This document shows positions 24,867-39,288 of a DNA stretch of 64,000 bases, piece after piece. Both the position numbers and the translations under genes were made by a program. The stretch covers positions 54,498,001-54,562,000 of the forward strand of contig OX597814.1 in the NCBI GenBank assembly GCA_951406725.2. Direction: 5' to 3'. A model generated the notes under the pieces. That model searched no databases and was not told where the DNA came from. It was given only the letters and a program-made list of their open reading frames with translations. Numbering within the stretch: position 1 is the stretch's first letter; each line of letters begins with the position of its first letter. This stretch comes from Octopus vulgaris. Its lineage: Eukaryota.

Positions 24867-27800
24867 AGTTTATTTTATATATTTTACATAATTAAAAGAA
24901 AAAAAAACAATCTAGTATAAAACAGAGGTCTTGATAGCTTCATATACTTACAGTCGTTTTGATATATTTAGAAAAGCTGAGACATACTTATATATAAACA
25001 ATGGTCATGTTATGTTAAGGTGAAGAAAAAAAAAACAGGAGTACAATGTTGATGTAACAGCTAACAATTTACACATGCAGATTTTCACAATAATGATAAT
25101 AAAAAGTAAGGTAGTTAAATAACAACAGAAGCTGAAGCTGGAGAAGGAAGAATGTTATTTATGCAAGGAGTATTATGTGTGCATTGAGTTGCATAAATAC
25201 TGAAGTATGAATCTATAAATTTGTCTAAATATATAAATGCACAAAAGTGATTGACTATGAACCAAGCATGTAGATATCAAAAGAACTACAGTATATGGTG
25301 GTTATTGATTAGTGTTGGTTTCCTTACTATGAACAGTTTATGGCACAGTTAATCACGAAAGCTGCAATGACACACAAGCCCTTATAAGTTATGCATCAGT
25401 TTAGTCTAGGACACAAGCTGTACACTCAATCATGCATGTGTTAATAAGGTGTTTCTATGTTCTTAAATTTTCCCCCTTAACATTTTTTTTCAAATCTGCT
25501 GGCACTACTTCATTTTCTCCTTGGTTTAATTGTTGCCCACCTTAGCAAACACTCATCTTTCTCTGTGCTACCTCTCTTCCCACATTTTTTTTTTTTATTA
25601 TACTTCCTTGGATAACAATGTTTTCTTGGCTCTCACTATTCCCTGTATCCCTTAAAACTTTTATTCTAATATTTGAATAGCTTGTAAGGTTTGGTTATGT
25701 GGTGGTGAAAGTGTAGGAAGTAGGAAATACTGAAATCTGGTCTACTGTTTTGTAACTGGTAGTCCTAGAGAAACAATAGAGATAAGCAAAGCAAACTTAT
25801 CCAGTGCATTATATACTCAGAACATAACTGTAGACAATATCGAAGAGATTTCAGATCAGGGCTGGCATTTCTATTGCAGTTATTCAGATGTGTATGTATG
25901 GATCAAATAGAAAAGGGCATGAGAGAGAGAATGATTTTACAACTGTTAAGCCTCACCACACACACACACACACAAAAAAAAAAACAGGATTTAAAGAGAC
26001 TAGTGGTGGTCACCATTGACAGAGTGGTAAAGAGCAAAGTTTCTTAAGTCCATATGTTAGTGGGGGAAGAGTTGCTTTGGAAAGCAAGGAAAACTTTTGT
26101 CACTTTTAGTTAGGGGATCATGGATACAGTAGAGAATGTTTAGAAATGATTGAGAATTAGTTTTTGTACATAGTATAAGAATGTAAGTGGAGAGAGACAG
26201 CAAAATGGTTAAAAGGAGAAAAAAAAAGAGAAACTGGAAGAGGGTAAGGTAAGAGGTAGAAAGAGACTAAGAGTGAGGAGGAAGGTATGGAGAAAATATT
26301 GGTTAATTGAAGGTAGAGACATTTATGTTAGTCAGGTCAATGATTGTGATAAGCTATTAGTCAATAGCATTATTCACATACATGCCTGTTCAGGCATAAA
26401 CCTATGGACAGCTGGACACCGGTTAGAAAATATTCAAACATAGGTACAAATAAATAGTAATTGTAGACATAGAGAGAGAGTGGAAGTTGGGCAACCAGTT
26501 CACATGTTCTCTCTGTCGCTTTCATACACACAAGCAAACAAAGGTGCTCAGTATCACAGTAAATAGCAATAGGTGTATATGTATGAAACTCACACATACT
26601 GGCATGCAGATTTATACATATACATGGCAATAGGTGCACAGATACATACACACATGTCCATCTGTAGTGTGTGTTGTTTTATATCTACGTTTCTGTTATT
26701 GGATGGATAGAAGATGGTCTAGCTGTTAGAAAAACTATTTTTACAGCTGGATGTACTTCTTCCTAATCTGCATTATGATGTACAAGTAGATGATGTTTTG
26801 TTTACTTTCATTCAGTCAAGAAAACTGGAATAATCAGTATTATATGTCTTACTTAGAAGCACTACAGAGTGGTTACAGTAAGATTGGAACTTATCTCGGT
26901 CGTTAGACACCTTAACCACACAGCTGTATATTGGTTTCAAATTTTGGAAGAAGGCCAGCAATTTCGGGGTGAGTTGATTACATCAACCCCAGTGCTCAAC
27001 TGGTACTTGTCACATCAAAGATTACTTTGCCCTTCATCATTCCAGGGTTGATTGAAATGAGTACCAGCTAAGAACTGGAGTTGATTCAAGTTATTGTGAT
27101 TATCCACTGCCACTATTTCTGGCCTTGTCCTAATGTGAGGAGTCAATATTAGACATCAACAGAATGCTGTTTAAAATGAAAAAGATATATATTGGAAAAT
27201 AGTATCATAAAGAGGTGGGGGAGGAATGTAATTTTTTTCCCCTCTGTCTGTGTATACACAGGCAGTAGACCGAAATGAATAGTTGGAACTAAAGAATCTG
27301 TTACTGAAAATATTTTGCTTTTGCCATCAGATGAACTTGCTTTTGCAAGTCAAGTGGTCTGAATGAAAAATTCAAATTTGCCATACTAACAACTTAAATG
27401 TCTCTGGCAAAAAAAAAAAAAAAAAAAAGACACAAAAGAGTACTAAGAAAGACTTGCCTGAAAATGATAAAGGATGAAAAATCAGGACAAACTAAAAATA
27501 ACCATTAACAATGTCCAACATTTAGTAAAAGGTACAGCATATCTAAAGTTGTTCATAGGCAACAGGTACCTAAAAAGGGAAGGTTGATCATGGTGGATCA
27601 CACAAAGATCACTCCCTGCCTAAAGAATAGATGATAATGATGATATTGAAAGTATCCTTTCAGAAAGCTCAGGAATTTTTATTAACCCTTTAGCATTCAT
27701 ATTACCCCCTCACATTGTTTTGGATTAATTATGTATTATCTCATCACTTTGAAATTTCAATGATGTGAGTGCTTATGTTTGGAATGACATTGTAGGGGAG

Positions 27801-29492
27801 GTATGAGAAGCTAGATCTGGTCAGGTTGTAAATAAGACAGAATATTTGGGCCTGATGTGGCCAGTTTAAATGCTAAAGAGTTAAGCAACTGCTTTCTTTT
27901 GAGTAGGTATGATACAAATGATTGATACAGTATTTTACAGGCACTGTGTCATTTCTTTTAGATTTTGAATTCAGAATATAGAGAGACAAAAACTGAGTGC
28001 TTTAAAGGTATTTAGTCTGATACCTGGCTGCATCTGCTAACTTGCCACCCTTAACGGTTATTGATAGTCAGTCACATTTGTTAAGTATTAGGCTTCAAAA
28101 GAAACTCTCTTGGAGATTCAACAAGGAAACTAATATCCAGTAATTGCCTAGAATTTAGAGTGGAGAAAAAAATAAAACTGTGTAAATGTTCATGCCTTTC
28201 TCTAGAATGTCAGTAAAATATGTGAAGTGAAACAGTTACATTTAGGAACCAAAACCTGGTAGTCATAATCTTAATAATATAAATCTGGTGAAGAATACAA
28301 AATTGATATACTTAAGCACTATGATCAATGTTGTTGCTGGTGGTGGGAGTAGTAGTAATAGCACTTATTTGGACGTACAAGAGTTACTTCAAAGTAAGTT
28401 ACATTAACCTTATAAGCATTTTGACTGATCATATGTGGCCCAAATATTCTACAGGTTTTATTTACAAACTGGCCAGACCTGGCCTATAACACTTACCCTA
28501 CCATGTCATTCTAAAAATGAAAACAAACATACCATCAAACCCTTGAAACTACAAGATAATGCACGATTAATTCAAAGCAATGTGAATAAACAAGCATTGC
28601 ATTTGACAGTGTGAAGGCGCATGGCCCAGCAGTTAGAGCATTGGGCTCACAATTATAAGGTAGCGAATTTGATTCCCAGACTGGGATGTGTGTTGTGTTC
28701 TTGAGCAAGACATTTTACTTCATGTTGCTCCAGTTCAATCAGTTGTTGAAATTAGTTGTGACGTCACTGATGCCAAGCTGTATTGAGGCGGTCTTTACCC
28801 TTTTACATTTGACAGATTAATCTGAATGTTAAAAGGTTAAACAGAAACAGAATATAAATGTATAAAAGCAAATTATACTCAGTAGATCACTAATTTTTGA
28901 TGTCTTTAATTGCATAACACATATGGGCAATTATGCAACTTACGTTGTAATGGTAGATGGCATTCATATTTGTTTATAGTCTTATCTATACAATACACAA
29001 GTTACAGGACAGGTGATACAAATAGCACTGTAATTTGCAAATTATTTTTCAGTGTGCATTCATCCAGCTATACATACATATATATTTTGTCTTTTATCTT
29101 TTATTTGTTCCAGTCATTAAATTGTGACATTGCTGAAGAATTTTTAGCCAAATGAATTGACCTTAGTACCTTTTTTTTAAAAACCTGGTACTTATTCTAT
29201 TGACTTCTTTTACTGGACTGCTAAGTTACAGGGATGTAAACACACTAACACCAGTTGTCAAGTGGCAGTGGGGACAAACAGACAGACAGACACACACACG
29301 ATAGGCTTCTTTCAGTTTCTGTCAAACCCACTAACAAGGCATTAGTCAACCTGAGGCTATAGACACTTGCCCAAGGTACCACACAGTGGTTTTGAACTGG
29401 AACTATGTGGCTGAAAAGCAAGCTTCCTACCACACAGTCATGCTTGCAACTACATATATTTACACAGATTTCTCTTCTTTGTGGTAAAATCA

Positions 29493-30426
29493 TCCTTTTC
29501 ATGGGCAGCTCAATTAATTAATTTTCTTTAACTAAACACTTTGAAACTTCGTATACTGGTAGAATGTGTCATATAGAACATGTTTTACTCTTAGCATTGT
29601 TGAGAAAAGTTTCTATTTTCGAAGTTATTTTGTGTTAAAGTTGTCGTGTTTCGGTAATTTCAACCAATCAATGACGTGTATTCAGATGAATAAAATTACT
29701 GCTGTTGTTTGTCAACAACAACTTCCGGCAGTGTATATTTCGTTTGTCACTGTTATTTATGACATATTTCATCTCAGTTATGTTTGTATGAATAAACGAG
29801 TGTATCTGAAGAATGTTTACTTCATGACACCACCATAATTGTTTGTGCATTTCTACTGCTTTTAGGTTTTTTTTTCCTGTTTTTCAGCTACTATTTTTGG
29901 AAAGACTTCCTCCCCACCACCATTTTTTTGCAAATTATTGTTCTTTTACAAATTTTTTTGCCAAAAAACCGAGCTTTTCAGATACAGAGATTCCAGAAAA
30001 TTGCCAAAAATCGGAATTTTGAAATTTTTTGCACCCCCCCTCCCTTACTCCCCCCTCCAATTTCTTCATTTTCACTTTTTTCCGTAACTCTAACCCTAAA
30101 ACCCTAACCCCAACCCTAAAACACTAACCCTGACCCTAAAAGCAGTACAAATGCACGAGCGATGTCATAAATAACAGTGACAAACGAAATATACACCGCC
30201 GATAATTGTTGTTGACAAACAACGGCAGTAATTTTATTCAGCTGAATACACATCATTGATTGGTTGAAATTACTGAAATACACGAAATAACTTCGTAAAT
30301 AGAAACTTTTCCCAACAGCGCTAAGAGTAAAAACATGTTCTATATGACACATTCTACCAGTATATGAAGTTTCAAAGTGTTAAAGAAAATTAATTAACTG
30401 AGCTGCCCATGAAAAGGAAAAGATCC
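29493..30426. mobile_element. Long-TIR non-autonomous DNA transposon (possibly Merlin-related)
   Basis: About 270-bp inverted arms (29493-29765 and 30162-30426). The right terminus reads GGATCTTTTCCTTTTCATGGGCAG on the minus strand. Internal degenerate TAACCC repeats at ~30086-30139. Confidence 0.8.
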
Positions 30427-30918
30427 TTCTACTGTTTCACTTTCATACAAAAAAATATGGGCACAGGTATGGTTTTGATGTATGCTTCACAACTACATGG
30501 TTCCAAGTTTGATCCTACTGTGTAGTATCTTGGACAAGCATTTTCAGTTGTAGCCTCAAGGTGATCAGTATTTTGTGAATGAAATTTTTATCACAAAGTA
30601 TGCAAAAACCCTCTGTGTGTAGATGTGTATGAACATATGTATGCATGTGTGTGTATGTATATACACACCAACACCAGTTGTCAAGTGGTAGTGCAGGATA
30701 AACACAGACAGACACACACACATATATAGCCTGAAGTTGACTGGTTGTTTGTGAATGGAATTTTTCTAACAAAATATGCAAAGGCCCTCAGTGTGTAGAT
30801 GTATATATGTATGCATATGTGAATGTGTATAGTGAGAGAGAGAGAGAGGTAATGTTTATTGCCACTTAAACATAGCTGTTCTATAAGAACCAACGTTACT
30901 TCTATTTTATAATATATA

Positions 30919-32213
30919 CAGGGTGTGATGGGTAAATTGTCACCATTTTATATTTTTAATTTTGCACATGTGCATTGTTTGTTTTTTATTTTGTCAACTA
31001 CACAGTATAGTAGGGTCAGTTGGGCACTGTCTATGAGAATAACAGCACCATGACACAATTTGCTCTGCCAGAAATTTGGAAACAACATGCTGTACTGCTA
31101 GGCATTTGCACCAGAAATGCCAATACGGACTTTTCAGGGTGTTTGGATGTCAATCTGGGGATAGTGCAGAGATTCGGAAAGAGCTGGATGACTCTAGAGG
31201 TGATTATGAAGGTACAGTAGCTCGGAAAACTCACTCTGATAAGGAAAGAACTCTTGAATTTGTTGGTGAGAACCAGGCCATGATTGACTATGATCCCTCC
31301 AAGTCAATCAGGTCTATTGCCAGGGACATGGGAGTGTCTGAGTTTCTTATGAGGCAGATAGTACATGAAGACATTTGGTATTCCTCAGACAAGATGAGAA
31401 AAGGCCAATTTTTATACCAAGCTATCAAGGACAAGAGGAAAGACCACAATATGAAGCTTTTGAACAAACTCAAGTATCCCTTCCAACAGATCATGCTTTG
31501 GTTTTTCTCAGACGAGAAAAATTTCTGTCAGGATCAGATGATGAACAAACAGAACAACCATTGGCTTGCTGTGTCCCCAAAACATGTACTGAGAGTGATA
31601 AAAATTAAACATCCAGTTAACAACATGGTATTTGGAGTGATCACTAGTGATGGCGATGTTATGTCTCCATTCATCTTCTCAAGTGACCTCACACTCAACA
31701 TGGAGGCCTACATCAAGTTCCTTGAGGAAGTAGTGCTGTTCTGGGTCAAGAGGGTGGCTACTGGAAGACCCTATGTCTGGCAACAGGACTCTGCATCATG
31801 CCACACAAGCAGGAGAACCCAGTCATAGCATTTACACAATTTCTGAAACCACATCACTCCTAACATCAGGCCACCTTACTCTACAGACTGCAGCTTGCTT
31901 CATTATTATGTGTGGGGTGCAGTTGAGTGAGAGACCAACAAAACTCCTTGTAACACCAAAGATGAACTAAAGGCAAGGAATTATGACAGCATTCATCAAC
32001 TTAATCAAGGAGACCATTCAAAAGAATTGCAGGAGATTCTGAAGTCATCTGGAGGCCATGGTTGAAGCCAATTATGATTTTATTGAATAAATTTGCTCTT
32101 TATTATTTCAAGATATTTTAATGTAATTTTGGTAAATATATCTGTTAAAATGAGATGTCAGTGTTATTTTCATTTTTGCATACTTTAGATGACAATTTAT
32201 TCACTGCACTCTG
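30919..32213 (+). mobile_element. Full-length decayed Tc1/mariner element, DD37D (maT-type) spacing
   Basis: TA-flanked imperfect TIRs CAGGGTGTGATGGGTAAATTGTCA/TGACAATTTATTCACTGCACTCTG. Motifs WFFSDEKNF, MVFGVITSDG and WQQDSASCH. There are 37 codons from the second D to the third catalytic position (now H), with in-frame stops. Confidence 0.88.
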
Positions 32214-32394
32214 TATATATTCCTTTCTCTCTCTCTCTCTTTTTTTTTTTTATATAAACTAGTTCAAACCTGTAACTATGCTGCCAGATAAAATATTTCT
32301 AAATCATGCACATACCTTCATAAATTGTGCAAATTTCTTGGTGAACATTAATAACAGAATATAAGATCAGAAAATAAGATTATACATTATATAT

Positions 32395-32735
32395 AAGGCG
32401 CATGGCTCAGTGGTTAGAGCGTCGAGCTTACGATCGTGAGGTTGTGAGCTCGAATCCCGGACCGGGCTGCGTGTTGTGTTCTTGAGCAAAACACTTTATT
32501 TCATGTTGCTCCAGTTCACTCAGCTGTAGAAATGAGTTGCGACGTCACTGGTTCCAAGCTGTATCGACCTTTGTCTTTCCCTTGGATAACACTGGTGGCG
32601 TGGAGAGGGGAGGTCGGTATGCATGGGCGACTGCTGGTCTTCCATAAACAACCTTGCCCGGACTTGTGTCTAGGAGGGTAACTTTCTAGGTGCAATCCCA
32701 TGGTCATTCATGACTGAAGGGGGTCTTTACTTACT

Positions 32736-32737
<2 letters not shown>
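32395..32737 (+). mobile_element. tRNA-derived SINE
   Basis: TGGCTCAGTGGTTAGAGC A-box, TCGAATCCC B-box, SINE body and TTAC-repeat tail. Relatives lie at ~28610-28803 and ~58455. Confidence 0.85.
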
Positions 32738-32772
<35 letters not shown>

Positions 32773-32833
32773 GAGTTATTGTTTTGAACTCTGTGTTGCT
32801 TTGTCTTTATTTTGAAAGACAGAAACAAAAATA

Positions 32834-32884
<51 letters not shown>

Positions 32885-32887
<3 letters not shown>

Positions 32888-35194
32888 AAGCACCCGAAAT
32901 CTCTCCAATCTGAACTTCCACAAAGCAGATTGGAAATTGATCCAAAAAGAGATCCTCAGAGAGGACTGGCTGGAATGTCTCTCCACACCAGACATTGACA
33001 TGAAACTAGAATGTTTCATGTCTTCTGTGCAAGCCATATGCCAGAAATATGTCCCAGAGCACAAGGCCAAAACAAATAGGGGCAAGATTCCAAGAGACAG
33101 GAAGATCCTCATGAGATGACGGACGAAGGTTGCAAATCGTCTCAACCAACATCCCAAAAGTAGTGAAACGTCCCGCCTAAAAACAACACTGATGGAGATC
33201 GAAAAAAGGCTGCAACAATCCTATGTGAAGGAGAAAGCAGACAAAGAAGCCTGGGTTATAAAAAACATTAAATCAAACCCAAAGGCGTTCTTTCATTATG
33301 CGAAAGAAACAGTCTCAGTGCACTACAAGATAGGACCCCTCCTCCAAAAGGATGGCTCCCTCACAGACAGTCCAACTATGATCAGTGAGATGCTGAATGA
33401 CCAGTTCAAAAGTGTCTTTACCACCCCGTTGGAACACAGACAAGTGAACGAACCAGTGGACTTCTTTGCCGCCTCACCTATAACCAGCGAGGCGGTTACA
33501 ATAGAATGTATTGACATTAGCGAAAAAGATGTCGTACTAGCCATAGATGAAGTGGACACAAACTCAGCTGCTGGTCCAGACGGTTTCCCAGCCATCCTCC
33601 TCAAAGCGTGTAAGCATGCCCTGGCAAAACCCCTCAAGATTCTCTTCCAGAGCTTTCTTGCGAATGGCAAACTGTCAAGCAAGCTGAAGGAGGGAATAAT
33701 ATGCCCAATACATAAAGGGGGAAGTAGAGCAGATGCCAAAATCTATCGGCCTATCTCTCTGACTTCACACATCAGCAAAGTCATGGAACGGATAGTCAGA
33801 AAGAAACTAATCGCATTCCTTGAGGAAAATAACTTCCTGAGTAATACCCAGGATGGTTTTCGACCAGGTAGGAGCTGCCTGACCCAGCTCTTACAGCATT
33901 ATGACTGGGTGTTGAGGCAGTTACTCAACAAATCAAATGTGGATGTAATCTACCTTGATTTTGCAAAAGCTTTTGACAAGGTGGATCATGGTATGATATG
34001 CCACAAACTACGTGACCTCGGCATAGCTGGAAAACTTGGAGTGTGGTTGCATGACTTCCTGAAAGATAGGAGTCAGGCAGTAGTGGTTAATGGAGCCACC
34101 TCTATGAACACACAAATAGTGAGCGGTGTTTCACAGGGCACTGTCTTGGGACCACTGCTTTTTATAGTGGCCCTCTCAGATATGCCCTCAAATGCCCAGA
34201 TAGCCACTCTGGCCAGCTATGCAGACGATATGAAAGTCTTGCAGAAAATACAGAACCCCAGTGATGTTGCACACCTGCAGCAGGAGTTGGACTCAATCTA
34301 CAGATGGGTTGAGGATAATAATATGCAGTTTAATGCTGAAAAATTCCAGGCCCTGCGCTACCAGCATCCAAAACTGAATATTAAACTTACAGGATACACC
34401 GGTCCACAGGGAATTTCAATCCCAGAGCCTAAGTCTGTGAGGGACCTGGGTATCGACATGAGTGATGATACCTCTTTCCAAGTGCACATTACCAGGATGG
34501 CGACAAAGTGCAGATGACTGGCTGGGTGGATCCTAAGAACATTCAGAACCAGAGATAAGGAAACCATGATGGTCCTCTAGCGGACATTCATCCTCAGTCG
34601 CCTGGATTACTGCTCACAGCTATGGTCACCCACCAGTGTAAAATTAACAGCTGACCTTGAAGCAATCCAGAGAAGATTCACAAAGAAGATCGTCTCTTTG
34701 CAACAGCTCAGCTACTGGGAAAGGTTGAAACAGCTAAGACTCTACTCCCTGGAGAGAAGACGGGAGAGGTATGCAGTAATATATGTCTGGAAGATCATGG
34801 AAGGAATTGTGCCAAATTTTGGCATTGTAAACTACACCAATGTTAGAACGGGACGACACTGCATAGTGCCAAAGATCCCCGCAATGCCATCACGCTTCAG
34901 GACCAGCTTCTGCAACAGCCTGGGTTTCAAGGGCCCACAGCTTTTTTATATTCTCCCAAAGAGTCTGAGGAACTTGCACAAAGTAGATGTAGCGGTTTTT
35001 AAATCAAAGCTGGACATCTTCCTGTCAAGAGTCCCAGATGAACCTACCTCACGGCAAGAGGTGCAAATGAGAGTAGCTGTATCAAACTCCATTCTTCACC
35101 AAGTGCCACATATTAGACGAGGTTCGTCGTAATAACAGTGTAGCACAAAATTGCGGTGCATCAGCATGGCCGCAGCTCTGAGCTGAAACTAGAA

Positions 35195-35200
<6 letters not shown>
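32885..35200 (+). mobile_element. 5'-truncated CR1-type LINE (RT pseudogene)
   Basis: ORF 33192-34517 contains YRPISLTS, YLDFAKAFDKVDH, GVSQGTVLGPLLF and YADD. The frame continues through a few stops to SYWERLKQLRLYSLERRRER. Inserted in (TA)n, ends in poly-A. Confidence 0.93.
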
Positions 35201-35245
<45 letters not shown>

Positions 35246-35819
35246 TACACACATACATATAGTCAGTTTTTGAGGTTTGTGTTCTATTGTATTGACTTGC
35301 ACTTAATGTTGTATTTTAATCAAAACAGTTATCATGGTGACAACAATACCTGTCTATCTGGCTATCTATCTTTCACACACACTTTCTTGGTTCTCCTTCC
35401 CTTCTTTTATTTAAAGTGAAAGTCTTTTTTAAAGTCTGTATTGCTTTTCTATATATTGAAAGACACAGAAGCACACACACACAGAAATACACACACACAG
35501 AAATACACATACACACAAAAAAAACTATATATCTTTCAAAACTTGTTATTATGATGGTGACAATACTACCATTCTATCTTTCTCTCTCTCTCTCTGTATT
35601 TCTCTCTGAACAACTCTCTTTTCCTTTTCCATCCTCTACAATACTATCTATCACTATCTCTCTCTCTCCCTCACACACACACACAGACTCTCTCTCTCTC
35701 TCATTATTTTTCTCTCAACTTTTTCTTTTCCCCTACCAAAAATACATTGTAACATATATTTTGATTCTTCCCTTTTTTCCCGCCCTATTATAGATGTTAT
35801 CGACAGACAGGCACAGTCT

Positions 35820-35855
<36 letters not shown>

Positions 35856-37261
35856 ATACTCTCATATGGCTATCATCTACAATACAGTTAAATATAACTG
35901 GTTTTACACTGAAAACAATCCTAAACTACATTTTGACAAACTGAAAATCTTGAGGTGGTTGTTATGTAAACAGAAAAAAGGAAAAATTTCTTCATATATG
36001 GAACTAATTTTTTATCATCCTTGCCTACAAAATAACTGTTTGACAATAATAACTCTTGATGACATAAGCAATCGGTCTTCTATCTTGCCTACACCTAGCT
36101 GTCTGTCTGTAACAGATAACTGGGAAACTTCAACAACAATGAAATTAAAAGCATACTTGAATAACTGAGCAAGTAAAAAGGAATAAATTTAAGGAACATT
36201 TGCTTTTGTTGAAAGTATCAGAATTCTAACATGGATCTCATGAATATAAAAAGAACATTAAAGTAGTTAAAAAATTTCTTACGACAATAGATTCTCTTTG
36301 TGCATTCAGTTCAAGTGAACAAGTGTGAAACATGCAGACAATTTATTTTAGATGTAAGTGTTTATGTTATACAGAGTGGCTGAAAAACCAATGAAAGCCA
36401 AAAAGACAAAATAGTATGATAATAGCAAAACATTCACACATTAAAAAAAAAAAAAAGAAAACAAGAAGCAATAGAAGCAGAATTTATTTAACACGCAGGT
36501 GTTTAAATACTAAACTGTTCAGATATAAAGACAAATGTATTTCAAATGTGCAAAAGTCAAAGTTACATGATCCCAGTTGCTGATAAACTGAGATGGTTTT
36601 TCTATGAAATGTTATCTCATAGAAGTTAATCATGAGAACTCAATTAATTAATCTTACTAGGACACATCACCATCAATGTGTGTATGGAGTATATAATATA
36701 TTAAAATGTTACTATGGACCACTCAGTAAAATTACTTCATTAACACTGACTGCTTTGTTTGGAAAGTTCCCATTAGCTGTATGTTAAGTTGCTCAGATCA
36801 ATCTACAAGTAAGTAATGTCTCCAATGTTATTCCATACACTATAGGTTTTAGATGTGTTTTAAAAAATGCAAAGCACAGAGATTTTTAGCAATGTTGTGT
36901 TTGCATATTGAAAAATTAAAATATTTCTGGTACTTGGTAGTATGCAAATTAGCTTACCTAGTATCATGCTAGGTAAGCTAATAATTTTTCTTGTATAACT
37001 ATATGATGTAATTTCTCAGCAAAAGTATTTAAGATAGATACTTGCAAACTTGATGCAGTAAACCAAGAAAGTTTAATTAATTGAAACAGTCATCTGAATG
37101 AATAATTCTGGAAAAGAATGGGGGGAAGGTAGGGGATCACAACCTTGAAATTTTAACTGATTAAAATTAATAACATATAGAGCACAGTGGGAAGTGAGTC
37201 TGATCTTTGATAACAGTGATACTTTTTGGCATGTAGTTTTATTATACCAGATGTTCTAGTC

Positions 37262-37469
37262 CAGCGTTTCTCAACCGGGGTTCCCTGGAACCCAAGGGTT
37301 CTGTGAGAAAGAGTGAGATAAGCTAATACTAATTTCATGATCATAATATACATGCACACCATATTGGTTATTGTAATATAGACATTATCCTATCTAACAT
37401 ATTATGTTATAAAGAAAATATAACAACCATTGGGGATATCTTTAGTGATATCTGTAATTTATGGACACC

Positions 37470-37506
<37 letters not shown>

Positions 37507-37608
37507 ATGTGAGAAAGATATGGTAAATAATTTTTTTGTGGAGGGGTTCCTTGAGACATGTAATTTATTTTAAGGGTTACGCAAGAGTAAAAAGGTTGAG
37601 AAACACTG
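37262..37608. mobile_element. hAT (Charlie-like) MITE
   Basis: TIRs CAGCGTTTCTCAACC/GGTTGAGAAACACTG and a perfect 8-bp TSD TTCTAGTC (37254-37261, 37609-37616). Confidence 0.92.
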
Positions 37609-39257
37609 TTCTAGTCTGATACTCCAGCCATTTTGTGGGTAACTTTCGTATATTCTCAGGATTCATTCCACAGTAAGAATAAAGTATACATGTCTCAAGC
37701 ATACATAAATATATAACTTCTATCTTCTTACATCTAAACTAGAAGATTAACATGTAAGGAAATCTAATTTAACTGAAAAAAAACCCACAAGCCATTTATA
37801 TTACATATCTGACAGCTATTTTTTTTTATTATATGTTGCATAACTTACAAATTTCAGTATATTTAACCCTTTAGCATTCAAATAACTGCCACATGTACTG
37901 CTAATTTATTCATATTATTTTGAATTAATGATGTATTGTCTCATAGCTTTGAGATTTCGATGATATTATTACTAGTTTTAGAATGGTATTGTAGGATAAG
38001 CATGAGAGGTTCAATCAGGCTAGTTTGAACATAAAACAGGAGGCATATTCAGATTGGATATGACCAGTTTATGTGCTAAAGGGCTAAATGGTTAGTAATA
38101 CAAAGTTCAGACTGTCCACAATTAAAGCATCAGATTCTTTCCATCCTCCAATCTTATTTCATCATGGTTCATTATTTGAACGTTATAACATAAAAGAGTA
38201 AACAGTTACTCTAAGATGTACTCTGAAATGTTTTGTTAGATCACGATTTCAGACAACATGAGCAAGATTTCTGATTGACTTACATGAATAATAAATAAAT
38301 AAATGAAATGAAAAAATTCTGGAGACATTTTGCCTGTAAGTTCTACCTTTAGGCCCAATGTTGGCAGTCATAATCTAATTAACCCCTTAGCATTCAGATT
38401 ACTCAGTTAAATGTAATAACTTATTTATTCACATTATTTGAATTAATCATGCATTATCTTGTAGCTTCAAGGTTTCAATGATGTGCCTGTTTATTTTTAA
38501 AAATTACATTGCAGAATAGGAGTGAGAGGCTGGATCCATCCAATTTTGCCATAAAATAGGTAAAATATTTGGGCCAAATGTAGCTGGTATAAATGCTAAA
38601 AGGTCAAAGTCTAAGTCAAACTTGATTTAGGAGATTAACATTGATCAAAAATGTTATTTTAACTTATTTAGCTGAGTAGGAATGAATATTGCCTGATATT
38701 TTAAACATAACTGTGTTGGGTCTTGCGGTCAGAAACTATAATTCAATTACTTCTATTATTTAATCCTTTGCCTGTTCATTGCATTTTCGTAAATTTGTCC
38801 TACATGTCCATGTCTGTTTTCAGACTTTTAGTTAGCTCTTTTACATGTGTTCTGTGTAATATAAAGTTTTCCTTTCATAAATCCCAAAATACTCGGATGG
38901 AAAAAAAAAAAAAAAAAGGGAATGTCTATCATATATAATGCATGGTTGCCAGTGAATTCTATCCTGTGCATCTCATGATACACAGGACAAACAAAGGAGT
39001 TGAGTACTGTGGAAATGGGGTGTGCAGGTGGATGGGTAGAGGTGATTGACTACTGTCTACTTAAAGTAGTTATAAGATATGGTAGTCCAAATAAAACAAG
39101 GTGAGCACAGCAAGTGTTATTTACTGCAAACAAGTGTTCGATAGTATGAAGAAAAAAAAAGGCAGCTAAATAGAATGTCAAGGTGGGATAAATGTCACGA
39201 AAGAGTGAGGTGTAGAAAAAGTAAATTTGTGAGAGAGAGAGAGAGAGAGAGAGCAGA

Positions 39258-39288
<31 letters not shown>

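Noticed and set aside
30086-30139. TAACCC repeats as an interstitial telomere
   Set aside because: Short, degenerate and internal to a TIR element.
32395-32470. tRNA-like sequence (also at 21535 and 28610)
   Set aside because: Continues into a SINE body and tail, so it is a SINE head rather than a tRNA gene.
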